A stretch of 64,000 nt of DNA from Entomortierella parvispora E1425 (Eukaryota; Fungi; Mortierellomycota), in the NCBI GenBank assembly GCA_020891255.1, contig BQFW01000010.1:930001-994000 (forward strand), read 5' to 3'. Made by a program: the position numbers and the translations under genes. Shown here in pieces: positions 1 through 10,616 of this stretch. Every line of letters starts with the position of its first letter. The stretch's first letter is position 1. The notes under the pieces are model-generated. The model saw only the letters and a program-made list of their open reading frames with translations, did not search any database and was not told where the DNA came from.

Positions 1-2056
1 GGCAATAATGTCGGCCGAGGCTTCTGCAGCGACTACAACCTTGGGTGTGAAGGAAGGACGTGATCCCTTTCGCAGGACCACATAGGTATATTTGGCGTCC
101 TCGAAGTTTTCCTTGGAGTGTTTCGTCTTTCGCTATTATCCATCATGAAAAGCGAAGTGTTAGTATCATAGAAACATCATAAGGAGTTCATTTCTCGAAC
201 AAGTGTTGTAAAGATATTCCGAAAATTTACCAAAAAGTCAGGACGTTGCAATTTTTGCGAGAAATGGCACCACTGTGTATCGCGGCTCAAGGATGCATAC
301 ATGGGGCAGACCTTGTCGTGGGGGCACTATTCAAAAGTGCAAGAATGTTCAGGTTAATATCCGCCTATAAAAATGTTTTTCTGATTTCTCACTTTAAAGA
401 CCATCACGGGCTCTTACCGGTGCCAAGACGTGTGCAGGCTCGCGCTCTTCTGGGGCTTCTTCCGGAATAGGCACACCCCAGTCATCATACTTGGGCTTCA
501 CCTTCTGTCGGCCAATGTCCAATCCCAAGATTTGTTCTCTGGCCTCTGCCAAAATCCTGAATCCACTAGGAGTTCCACGATCAACCAGAATCTAGTAGTT
601 ATGAACAGGGTTAGTGCCTACATCCTCAAAATCAAACAAAAGAGCAGATCGCAACGTTTTTTGTCTTACCAACATGTCGTTGGTCGATTCCCAAAGTTGC
701 TCCAGAGTCGATTTACGGAGTGCAGGCGTCGTCAATTCGCTCAAAGCAAACGCACTCATAACCACGTCGTATTTGGAAGCTTTTGGTCCATGAGACATAA
801 AGGGCTTAAAAGTCACATTCTTAATCGCAGCTCTTGAATCTGCCAATGATTCTAAGACTTCCTCTGCAGTCTCCAGCATCGCCATCGAACTGTCGACTCC
901 TGTGCAATGTACAGACTGATCATCCCAGACTTGGTTTACTGCCCTGTTTGTTTGGATCGATATATTGTGTTAATGTCAATGATAACAGAAGGGGACAACT
1001 TCCCAAAAAAAACAGGTCTCTTACCAGATTGCAGTTCCAGGTCCAGTTCCAAAATCCAAGACTGACTTTGGCTTTAGGTCCGGTACGCGCTTATGCACCT
1101 CTTCCAGGACGTTCCTGATAGCGCTATATGTCGTTGGGGCCATGGCTGCGATATAGGCCATGGATTCACGATGGCCGTATTCCAAGATATGAGCTGGTGT
1201 AGGTTGCTCCACGCCTCCTGCTTTCGATCCGACCACAGGTTTAGATCCGCTCTTCATTCGTTTTGTGACCGAAGTAGACCCTTCAGAGAGATCATCCTCA
1301 TCCAAGGCGCTAGTCGAACGCAACGACCCATAAAGTCTCAAGGCGTCCGTTCTAATCAGGGACTTGTCATGCTCTATAGTGAAATGGAGATATTAGTATG
1401 GTAATCCCCTATCTGGGTTCCACATCCTGCATATCATGACGCAGCGAAGGAAAAGTACCATCAAGGACATTTCGAATTGCATCCTGGATTTCCAGTGGAA
1501 TTTCAACCTGTCCGATACGTTTCCGTCCATATTCGGCCTCCTTGGAACCTCTCTGGTGACTCGATCCGTCAACATCTTCCTCGCCGGCACCGGCGGCCAT
1601 AGCGGCATCTCGGGCAGCCTTAGTTTCGCCCTTGGCCCTGTCATCACGGGGGATCATAGTGACCTTTCCTTGCTTGTCCAGAAAAATAATCATGTTGGGG
1701 TCGTATTCCGGCACTTCCTCAAACTTAGCAAGCTTGAATCCATTGGGCAACTTCACGTTGGGCTCAGTTTTTGATTTGTTGCTATTGTCGTTGTTTGCTG
1801 TGATCACTGTGGGCGAAGCGATAGAGGGGGATGGGATCCCAAAGCGGTTGCTGGCTACTGCCTTGCCACCAGTAGGCGCCTTTGGGGTGAGTGGTCGAGA
1901 GCGTGCTGCCCTGGCATAGCCACGGAGCTGACTTCCTTGCGTCCGAGAGGAGTTCAACGACAACAAAGCGAACTGGTTGAGAAGCGAGCCTGACGAGGAG
2001 ACTCCCCGCACGACTTGGGACTTTCCAGTTCCGAGAATGTTGTACAAAGCCGCCAT
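1..2056 (-). CDS. RSM22: Mitochondrial small ribosomal subunit Rsm22/METTL17-like methyltransferase (multi-exon; 3' end runs off the left edge of the window)
   Basis: Minus-strand exons encode VLDFGTGPGTAIW (SAM-binding), YDVVMSAFALSEL, ILVDRGTPSGFRILAEAR, HVLAP/CPHDKVCP and WCHFSQK. The N-terminus is Arg/Ser/Ala-rich, like a mitochondrial presequence. Confidence 0.88.
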
Positions 2057-2640
2057 GCAAGCAAGGTCAAGTGGAGGAATGGAGGGCGGAAGGAGAGGAA
2101 GAGTAGAAAGTCAATGGAGGAATGGGGAAAAAATGTCCGAATTGGAAATAGTGACTGCCATTCATTGTTGATACAAGGTTGGTGGCAATTTCTTATTTTT
2201 TATTTCAGCAAATAGCAGTTATCAGAAAAGTGCGGGTAGTCTTCACTGCCTCTCGAATAATTTTTCATGCAGGTTTTTTTTTTGGATACCGATAGTCCTG
2301 AACGCAGATTGTTTCGTAGGAGAAGTTGTGTTTGCTAGTGTCGCAAGGCGTCTTTGGACAACCAGGAGGGTTGGATTTGAAGGCAAAGATCAACTGCGTC
2401 AAATGACCAGAGCAACGTTGTTGAGAAAAGGAAACATGAAGTCTGGAGAGAGAACATTCGAAGAAAACATCTCCCAGGTGAAGAAGAAAGAAAGCGATGT
2501 GTGGATCCAGTGTATGCTAATTAAGGGAACAAATCGACGGACACCAAAGCTTCGGAAGATGGCAGAACTCACACCCAGAACTTGAGCGAGAAGAACTAAT
2601 GGCGCTTTCTGGAAATAAGGTTCATAACTCAACAGTAAAT

Positions 2641-3429
2641 CTACACAGCCATTTTTTTTAACGCTAAGTTGACATCATCCACAATGAAGTCTGGTAGCTG
2701 CTCGGACTTTACAAGTTGCAGGATATCCTTGCTTGGCCCATGCATACAGCATCTCTGTGTATAAGTTGTTTGAGTGTCGAGTACGCTTCCTCGAATGGTC
2801 ATGTATATACATGCGAGCCTTCCATCCACAGTGTAGAGGTGAGAGGCATCTCGTCCATGGCGGCCATGTGGGTAACTACTAATCTCTTTCCTTTTTGTGG
2901 AGTGGCTTGAGCAGCACCAAGCACTTTTGTCTCCGCTAGTGCTGTCAAAGCACCCATGCATCTGTGGCTCCATCGCTGTCACCAAAAACGTAAGACAACG
3001 ACTGTATATTTCAACAGTGAGAGTTCCATGCTTCAAAGCTTCTGAGGCTATCACCAGGCAGATTGGCACGTCCGTAATGAGTCCGAGGATACGGTCATGG
3101 ATATAGGATCTATACGCCGCAACGTCGTAATATTCGGTGATACACAGGAGCTCGAACAAGAGCGGCAGGTAGGAGCCGGTGTGCAACTTGCTATAGTATA
3201 CGTACGCCATGAACTCACGGAAAGCCTCCAAAGTGTACTCCAAGGACAGGTCGACCACCCCTGTAGCTGCTTCTTTCATGGACGATTCCAGCATCGATTT
3301 GAATACAGAGGATCGTCTCTTGACCAAGAAGGAGATGATTTTGAGCTGCTTTCCATCCTTCAGCTTGACAAGTATATCTCCTTCGTCGGAAGCCAGCAAT
3401 TCTTTGTAGATATCAGTTACATCAGACAT
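2641..3429 (-). CDS. BTB/POZ-domain protein
   Basis: Single 262-aa ORF with GDILVKLKDGKQL...LVKRRSSVFKSMLESSMKEA...FREFMAYVY...LLCITEYYDV, the typical BTB pattern. Confidence 0.8.
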   Translation of the reverse strand: MSDVTDIYKELLASDEGDILVKLKDGKQLKIISFLVKRRSSVFKSMLESSMKEAATGVVDLSLEYTLEAFREFMAYVYYSKLHTGSYLPLLFELLCITEYYDVAAYRSYIHDRILGLITDVPICLVIASEALKHGTLTVEIYSRCLTFLVTAMEPQMHGCFDSTSGDKSAWCCSSHSTKRKEISSYPHGRHGRDASHLYTVDGRLACIYMTIRGSVLDTQTTYTQRCCMHGPSKDILQLVKSEQLPDFIVDDVNLALKKMAV

Positions 3430-4399
3430 GCCCTGCTAAACTATGGTTGAAAAACTGCATGATGGTAGCGCTGAAATAAGTCTCTTGTAGATGACAGTAC
3501 TTCGTGGGAAAAAAATTCTAGAGGGAATTTTACCTTTTAGTGGAAGGCCACGGCAATGAACAGATGGACTGAATGGTGTTCTTTAATGCAGACTATGAGG
3601 AAAGCGTGAGGCTGGGTGAATGAGGCAGATAAGGATCAGGTATCGGGACAAAACGTCAGAAGCAGAGTTGCGTGATGAATACAATGTAACTTACTGTTGC
3701 GGCAGAGACTGAAGAGTGCAAGTTGGGAACTTCTGACAGAACTCCGAGCTTGACTAGGTCTCATTTTAAGGGGAAGTTTTTTTTTTTTTTTTTTTTTTTT
3801 TTGCGTCTGTTCTGTATGTATGTACTAAAGTCCAGTTACCCATGGGAATGAATATCTTCATCATTTCCCTGCCAGGAAGGCGCAAAACGTGACAGTCTAA
3901 TACAGCAACAGAACTCTTGACACGAGGATACTCTGCTCGAGCCCACTGTCACGAATACGATTTTGCATGAATACCGTGGCCTACCAAGTACTTTGCCTTT
4001 TGCCCAACAGCAGCACGATGTCGTTTATATTCAGAGAACTGGAGCACATGCCTCTTGATATTAAAACAGAGACCAGTGATACTGAAGAAAACAGGGGACC
4101 AAGCGGCAGAGTCATAGGGAAAAAAGGCAAAGTAAGTCGATAAGAGCGAGTCAGAGGCAAAGTAGACCTAATGTCCCTCAGCAATGGGAAAAAGGGCTCC
4201 CACTGGAAAGGAGATAAACGGACTTTGAGCGACAGCAAAGTGTCGATGCCAGAGGCTATAAATTCATCGTGTCTTCAAAGTTCCCCACACATGCTTGACA
4301 CCACTTCGAACTCTCTTGTCCACCTCTCACTCTCTTTTTCGCCGAGCACACGCCATCGTCCCTGCCGCCTACTCAACTGATTCAAACTACTTACCAACG

Positions 4400-5404
4400 A
4401 TGCACCAAATACAGGTCTTCATTCGAAATATCAGCGGCAGCACGGTTGTCGCGCAGCTCCCGTCTACATTGTCCATGGAAGAGTTTATTGAGGCCATGAG
4501 AAAGGCTCTGGGGTTTGTTGACCGCAATGAGACAAAGAGTTTTCGATATGTTACCAGTAGCAAGCCGCTCCCTATGGACAACGAGAGGGAGTTTGACAAG
4601 CAGAAGCAGTACATCACCAACAACTGCAACATCTTTGTCCTCGGCCGTCTGTTGGGCGGCTTTACTCTCCCTGCGATGCTTGAGGATATCGTAAAGCAAG
4701 AGCTAGCTAGCGAGCTGGACAAGGTGCCCGCACACTCTGCCGACTGTGCAATCTGCCTTGAAAACGATACCGATTGTCTCAAGGCCTGCTGCGTGAGGAT
4801 CTGTCGAGAGGACTTTCAAAGATGGCTTTTGGAGAAACGGTTCAAGGTATCCTGCATGGTGTGCACCAAGGCCATTGAGCCCAAGCACATCTTTGTGACA
4901 CCTGCGTATGTTGCAACTATCCAGGCCTTTGAAGAAGAGAAGCAGATCTTACAAAACATTGACTGTCAGCGGTGCCTCGAATGCAATGCGCTGATGCACA
5001 ACGAAACCATGCATTCGCTTCAGACCTGCGTCAAGTGCCACCGCCAATTCTGTTTCTTTTGCAACCGCGAGTGGGATGCCGACAAGATGCTGGACCGCAA
5101 GAACTCCTGTGGCAAAGAATGTGTCTACGAGACCATGATCTCGTTCCAGCTCCTGCCTTTTCACTATAACCGCGATATCAAGATTCCGAACGTACGGACT
5201 TGTCCCCGCTGTTTCAATTTCGGCAACTACGACAACAAGTGCAAGTACCACTCTTGCTCCGTGTGCAAGCTCACGTTTTGCTTTCTGTGCCTAGAGGACG
5301 AGACCGAGTGCAAGAGGAAATACAACTCCCGATACGATCACGTCTGTGTCAAAACCCCAGTTCTCCAGAACTACAGCATGTTTCCTCGGCTGATAGAGTC
5401 TTAG
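4400..5404 (+). CDS. Ubiquitin-like domain + RBR-type (RING1-IBR-RING2) zinc-finger protein
   Basis: Intronless ORF from ATG 4400. The N-terminus (IQVFIRNISG...NIFVLGRLLGG) is ubiquitin-like. Three Cys-rich modules follow: CAICLE...CMVC, CLEC...CVKC..FCFFC..W and CPRC...CKYHSCSVC..FCFLC. Confidence 0.75.
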   Translation: MHQIQVFIRNISGSTVVAQLPSTLSMEEFIEAMRKALGFVDRNETKSFRYVTSSKPLPMDNEREFDKQKQYITNNCNIFVLGRLLGGFTLPAMLEDIVKQELASELDKVPAHSADCAICLENDTDCLKACCVRICREDFQRWLLEKRFKVSCMVCTKAIEPKHIFVTPAYVATIQAFEEEKQILQNIDCQRCLECNALMHNETMHSLQTCVKCHRQFCFFCNREWDADKMLDRKNSCGKECVYETMISFQLLPFHYNRDIKIPNVRTCPRCFNFGNYDNKCKYHSCSVCKLTFCFLCLEDETECKRKYNSRYDHVCVKTPVLQNYSMFPRLIES

Positions 5405-5538
5405 TCCGCCGTGTGTCTTTCTCTTGCTATACTCAAGGGGCTTCATTATCCGAACACAATCATTCTTTTCTTCCAAAAAGACGTATCTATCTCACGGCAA
5501 CATAAAAAAAGAAAAAAAAAGGGGACCTTCTTCCACCC

Positions 5539-5577
5539 GGTCCAGACACCGAAACTCCATTATAGTGGCTGAGCAAG
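5539..5577 (+). repeat. Direct repeat, copy 1 (about 39 bp)
   Basis: GGTCCAGACACCGAAACTCCATTATAGTGGCTGAGCAAG. Matches 8047-8086 in blocks of 17 and 13 identical bases. Confidence 0.75.
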
Positions 5578-6381
5578 GCGGACTCTTTTTTTTTTTTTTT
5601 TTTTCATCTACGCGTTTTTTTTTCTCCGCCACCTTCCTCCAACCTGACCATTTCTTGTCACATTTGATGCAGCAACAACATCACAACGCCCGAATGCCAA
5701 TCCCTCGATGAGAGACCGGGTCAATGTGCTGCTGTGGACCAAATGAGAAGAGTAAACTTGAAGCACGCAAGATACAGCAGCTTACCACCCTCTCACTGAA
5801 TGCACACCCTCGCTCTCAACACCACACTCACTCTACATTCACAGTCCACACCCACACTCGATACACTGCACTCGCTGCAAACAAGTAGACTTCGTGCAAC
5901 AGTCAAATCAGACTGACCGCGCAGTGCCCTCATCCACAGCAAAGCCACAAACAAATGGTCAACTGGTCACTGCCGTTGTTAATATAACTATCGCATACTC
6001 GCGCTCTTAGCCTCTCACTTCAAGCGGCCTGCATTTGTATCTACGATCTCGTGACAAAGAATCTCAAAATGCTCGAAAAAGCTCGATCAGGTTCAAAACA
6101 TCCTTCCAAATGGTGTTCACCAGCATCGCACTTACATTGTTATAAAGTCGCCGAGGAAGGTAATGCATATTCTTTATTTTGCATGTACTTTATCATTACT
6201 TGCGTTATTTACTCTCTGTTTCCTTTGATTCATTAGCTCCAAAAGCCGCCCCAGTAAGTCCGGTAATTCCACTGGCCCCGAAAAGAGACCGCGAGGATGA
6301 GGAAGATAAATCAGTCGCTCTCACGCCTTCAAAAAAATCGTCCTGTGATATCAGAGCACTGATCATACCACTTCCTAATAG

Positions 6382-7847
6382 GCCCCTCACCGAAACGAGT
6401 TCGTCTTCATGTGGGCAGCGCAATAGAGGAAGCGATTAAGGAGGCTGGCTATGCAGACCTGGCCCTGGTGGAAGGCAAAGCTAACCCCTCTGCACTCAAC
6501 AGCGAACAAAAGCGCTGCGTGCTTGAATTCATGGGCGATAATGTTGCCATAAATGACCCATTCGATGCGTTGGCTAGCAATGCCTTGCAACAACGACATG
6601 CAGACTTCCAAACCATGGACAAAATTACGGCCCCGAGTTTTGCCGGTCTTCCTATCGTCAATGTAAACGATCTCTATATCAGACAAACCTACATCAGTCT
6701 TTACCGCACAATCCTCGATGAATTTGGAGATATCGATCCGCAAGACCCCGACCCTCGAAAACACCTCGTCGTTGCAGGAACCTCTGGTATCGGTAAATCA
6801 GCGTTTCTGGTTTATTTCGCTATCCGACTTCTAGCTGAGAGCGACGACAGCGAACCCCCCATCATCATTTTTCACACCAAACAGAGCAAAAAGTGCTATG
6901 TTTTTGGAGGCTGCTCCACGGTGCGATATGGAGACATCGAGGACTTCAGACCTTTTCTCCAGGAACGCGACACGTGGTATCTCGTGGACAGTTCCCCAAA
7001 GCCGGTACTTGAAGTAGCCAGGACCATTATATCTGCATCTCCAGAGAAACTGGCGTCAGATGCTGATTATAAGAATGTTGCTGAAAGGGTGGTCATGCTC
7101 TACTATATGGCACCATGGTCTCTGGAAGAACTAGAGATCTGTCGGCGTAGGGTCGCAGGCTTTCAAGTTGTTCCTTTGGACCTCTTGAGAGAACTCTACT
7201 CAGAGATAGGCGGTGTGCCTACATATGTTCTAGAGAGACCGATGGCGGTATGTTGCATACATGATGTACATAATTCCCTTGGTTTCCTTGAGCACTTATC
7301 GATGACCAATGGATAGAAATTGAAAAGAAACAGAGCGAACGTTTCGGGTGCGAAGGAGAGTGCAATCTCACGTGTCGGAGCTGCTCTTGACAGCGTCAAT
7401 GATCCTATGGTATTGCTACAATACCTCGCACAAGTGAAAGACTCGCTGGACTTTAGCAGCCTTCTGCTCCACCGTTGGCCCTCAAATGAAGACAATAGCA
7501 AGTATCGATTGGAGTGGGCCTCCGATTTCATCAGAGACAAGATTGCCGATCAATTGAAGGACGATGCTTCAAGAAAAATACTGAGTGCCGCTCCTGGAGA
7601 AGCCAGATGGAAGGGCGAAGGGGCTTTTATTTGAATCATATGCCAACCGTGCGTTCAGAAAAAGTTGTGTACCGTTGAGCTCAATGATCTCGACACTGGA
7701 AAACTTACTTTCCTTCGTATCCCTCCAAAGCTTGGTCCCACGACACAAGGACATGGTTACGAGGACGATAAGAGTATCCAAAATATTCGTCAAGTGAAGC
7801 AATACGTGTTGAAGATCGATTTAACGTCTGTTGCTGCTGCCAAGTGA
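6382..7847 (+). pseudogene. Crinkler (CRN)/RHS-like P-loop protein, apparently frameshifted twice
   Basis: SPKRVRL...HLVVAGTSGIGKSAFLVYF (Walker A), WYLVDS, APWSLEEL, IGGVPTYVLE. GT-AG intron at about 7247-7316. The expected C-terminal motifs (KGLLFESYA; VELNDLDTG) lie in successive different frames around 7590 and 7665. The N-terminal exons are not confidently located. Confidence 0.65.
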
Positions 7848-8046
7848 TCTGGTGTGAGTCAAGTGCCACGAAGTCCCAGAAAAATTGATCCTGAACGATT
7901 TGCAACAATAAAAAAAAAAAAAAAAAAAAAAAGGAAAAATGATATGGAAGATTAGCAGGCAAAGACCAAACAATGCATCGAACCCAGCCATTCGGGCCCA
8001 CTATCCACCCATCTATTTTCGTTTTTTGGAGTGCATGAGTCTATCA

Positions 8047-8086
8047 GGTCCCAGACACCGAAACTCCGTTTCTGTGGCTGAGCAAG
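8047..8086 (+). repeat. Direct repeat, copy 2
   Basis: GGTCCCAGACACCGAAACTCCGTTTCTGTGGCTGAGCAAG. AGACACC in this copy can also pair with GGTGTCT at 8094-8100. Confidence 0.75.
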
Positions 8087-8306
8087 ACTGGATGGTGTCT
8101 CACTCAGTTCTGAAATAAAACATGGCAGTGATCCAGGGAACCGGAACTTGACCAGAGTCTTGCAGTTAGTGGGAGGATCACGACCATTGACTATGTAGGC
8201 AAGGCAGATCAATGCACTCGGTTGGAGTCTCAGAGGAGTGCCCCTGGTACCTGAGTTTAAACTTTTGTGTCAAAGATCAACAGGGTCCCCAGGGTGCCAA
8301 CTCGAA

Positions 8307-8314
8307 TATAAATA
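8307..8314 (+). promoter_or_regulatory. TATA box of the expansin-like gene
   Basis: TATAAATA about 90 bp upstream of ATG 8406, followed by a CT/CA-rich 5' region. Confidence 0.4.
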
Positions 8315-8405
8315 CCCTGGCCATGGTGCCTGAAAAAAATCATCATCGACTCAACTCAACTATCTCCCTCACTCTTATCTACAACGCACCAAAAACATCC
8401 TCAAA

Positions 8406-8903
8406 ATGACCAAGTTCACCTCCCTCCTCCTCATCACCACCGCCGCCATTGCTTCCTTCTCTTCGGCCGCTCCTATTGTCAGCCCTACCACCACTGTTGT
8501 ACCCACTGATATCCCTACCGCCGTCGAACCCACCGTCCCCGAGCCTACCATCGTCGCTTTCAAGGACAACTCGGCCTTTGCCTCCTCGGTTAAGTACACC
8601 GGCAAGGCCACCTGGTTCACTGACTCGTATGGCTCCTGCAACGTCAACTGGGATGGCAACGTCGAGCCCACTGTTGCCTTGAACGCTCACCAAATGGGCG
8701 AGCAGTCCTGGGGCAACTCTGCCTGCGGCCAGAAGGTCCACATCACCAACAAGGCCAACCAAAAGACTGTTGTTGCTCGCGTCGTCGACAAGTGCCCCGG
8801 TGATGAGTGCGCCTGGGGTTCCTTGGATCTCAGCCCCGCCGCCTTCACCGAGATCGGCGAGCTCGACAGTGGTATCCTCAACGTTGAGTGGAGCTACATC
8901 TAA
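8406..8903 (+). CDS. Secreted RlpA-like double-psi beta-barrel (expansin/loosenin-like) protein
   Basis: Signal peptide MTKFTSLLLITTAAIASFSSA, Pro/Thr linker, then GKATWF...GSC...VALN...CGQKVHIT...VVARVVDKCPG..C..GSLDLSPAAF. Confidence 0.88.
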   Translation: MTKFTSLLLITTAAIASFSSAAPIVSPTTTVVPTDIPTAVEPTVPEPTIVAFKDNSAFASSVKYTGKATWFTDSYGSCNVNWDGNVEPTVALNAHQMGEQSWGNSACGQKVHITNKANQKTVVARVVDKCPGDECAWGSLDLSPAAFTEIGELDSGILNVEWSYI

Positions 8904-10004
8904 ATCCATCCATTGGATCAGGTGAACCACAGCCGCCCTATACCCTAGTCACTATCTCACTAATGATAATCTGCTATCAGCAATAAACCTTAAAAGTGAA
9001 CAAGAGCAATGCATGTTTCAGACTTGCATCGCTGATCCCTTTTTTTTCACCTCCAAAGATGGCGCGTCCGTGTTCCAACATGAGGTGAGAAAATCCACTT
9101 CCAAGGAGTGTCACTCCTCCATGGAAGGTCCAATGTCCAGAAAAGTAGGCTATCTCGCCTACAGTATCCTCGCCAGATGTCCTCTCTAATCAGGAAAATA
9201 AATCATTATTCTCGGGCATGCAGCGAGAATAGCAACCTTGTTTGCCGCAACGGTAATCAATAAAAACGACCCTTTGAGCCTGAGTAATCAGCTGTGGTTC
9301 TGCTCAGTTTAACAGGGTGTTGAGTATTTTATTGAGTATTGGATGAACTGTAAGTTGATCTGGCCAAAGGATTTTCGGTGAAGGCAAAAGGCAGAGGTCA
9401 GGGAGCCCTTGTTGACGAGCCAAGGGCCAAAGAGTCAGTGAATATGTGATCTTGATGGCATGCTTGACCGTGGCTGTTGGGCCGGTTCCATTATCTTCAA
9501 GGTATAGCAGGTGAGACAGCACTTGGAGAATGCACCAATCTCTCGATGAAGATCTCATACCATGTCCTTGAAGAGTAATAGTTTCATCCTGCGAAGGTGA
9601 GGCGTGGCGTTTAAACGGACTTGTGTATTAACAGTTCAGGCTCTCAAGTTTCGCTCGAGGACCTGATGGACATGGGCACAGACCAACAACTTGGAAGTCC
9701 GTTCCGAAAATGTTGAAATATCATCAGGTGGCGGGCGAGGATCTGGGCATCCTCCTTGTCTGACCCTTTAAAAGGCGCGCCAACCACACGGATTTGGGGA
9801 CTCGGCAAGAGAACACTCCGTTCTCGCTAGAACTCTGTGGCCAAGGTGGTCAAGGTACGGGAAGGCACAGAAGTTGGAGGCCAGTGTAAAGAGAGTCGAT
9901 CTCAGTAATGGTCAGACTGGATTGGTGGCAATCACTCGAAGACGTCCACGCAAGAAGACCAAGGCAAGAAGAGGAGATGGAGACTCGAGTTGGACAAGAA
10001 TGGA

Positions 10005-10120
10005 ATGCATGAGAGGGACAGGGATGCATGAGATGAGAGGGACAAGGATGCATGAGAGGGACAAGGACACATGAGAAGGGCAAGGATGCATGAGAAGGAC
10101 AATGAACAATGAGGAGCGAC
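10005..10120 (+). repeat. Degenerate 19-bp minisatellite (ATGCATGAGAGGGACAAGG), about 5-6 units
   Basis: Units start at 10005, 10024 (with a 5-bp internal duplication), 10048, 10067 and 10086. Confidence 0.8.
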
Positions 10121-10616
10121 ATGCAGGTGCAGACAAGAGACAAAGGCATGCCGACGATGGTCCTTGAGACTGGGAGCAGGGGAGCCACCAATACAAAAAC
10201 AGGGCACCCCTGCCTTGCATAACAAAACGAAAAATAATCTGGCGTCCCACCGGCGTCCCGGCAAGCTTTTGGTGTTGCGCCCGCTGATCACTCAGGCCTG
10301 GCTGATACAGCCTCCCCCACCAAACCGCAAGGCTCCTCATTGAGCTCACTGCGGCACCTAGATAGACATCATCCTTTCGCTGACTTCAGGACTTGATCTA
10401 ACATTCTATGTCTGTCTTTACATATTTATAGGCGTATTCTGTGGACAATGCACATTTGCGGTACCAGGGTGAAATTTGGTAAAATGATTTCAATCGAGGT
10501 GCAAAAACAGTCAAAAGTCAAAAAGCATGGAGCAGGTGGCTTGCGTGCAAGGGTGCGAGCGCGTGCGTGCGTTGGGGGAACGGATCAATCATTTTTTTTA
10601 TTTTTTCTATTTTCGA

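Noticed and set aside
3665-3744. Possible box C/D snoRNA (GTGATGA at 3672, CTGA at 3709 and 3733, GAGTT/AACTC flanks)
   Set aside because: The terminal stem is offset from the boxes, the C-to-D distance is short, and I could not recognise an rRNA-complementary guide. Such short motifs occur by chance.
3888-3953. 9-bp inverted repeat CGTGACAGT/ACTGTCACG with a 48-nt spacer
   Set aside because: No target-site duplication and no second copy in the window; too short to call a MITE.
8379-8930. 183-aa antisense ORF over the expansin-like gene (similar shadows at 13914-14699, 28959-29336, 37496-38368)
   Set aside because: Shadow ORFs caused by codon bias of the real gene on the opposite strand.
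9300-10350. Short ORFs in the expansin-GRC3 interval
   Set aside because: No recognisable motifs or consistent splice pattern; openness is largely due to the minisatellite.
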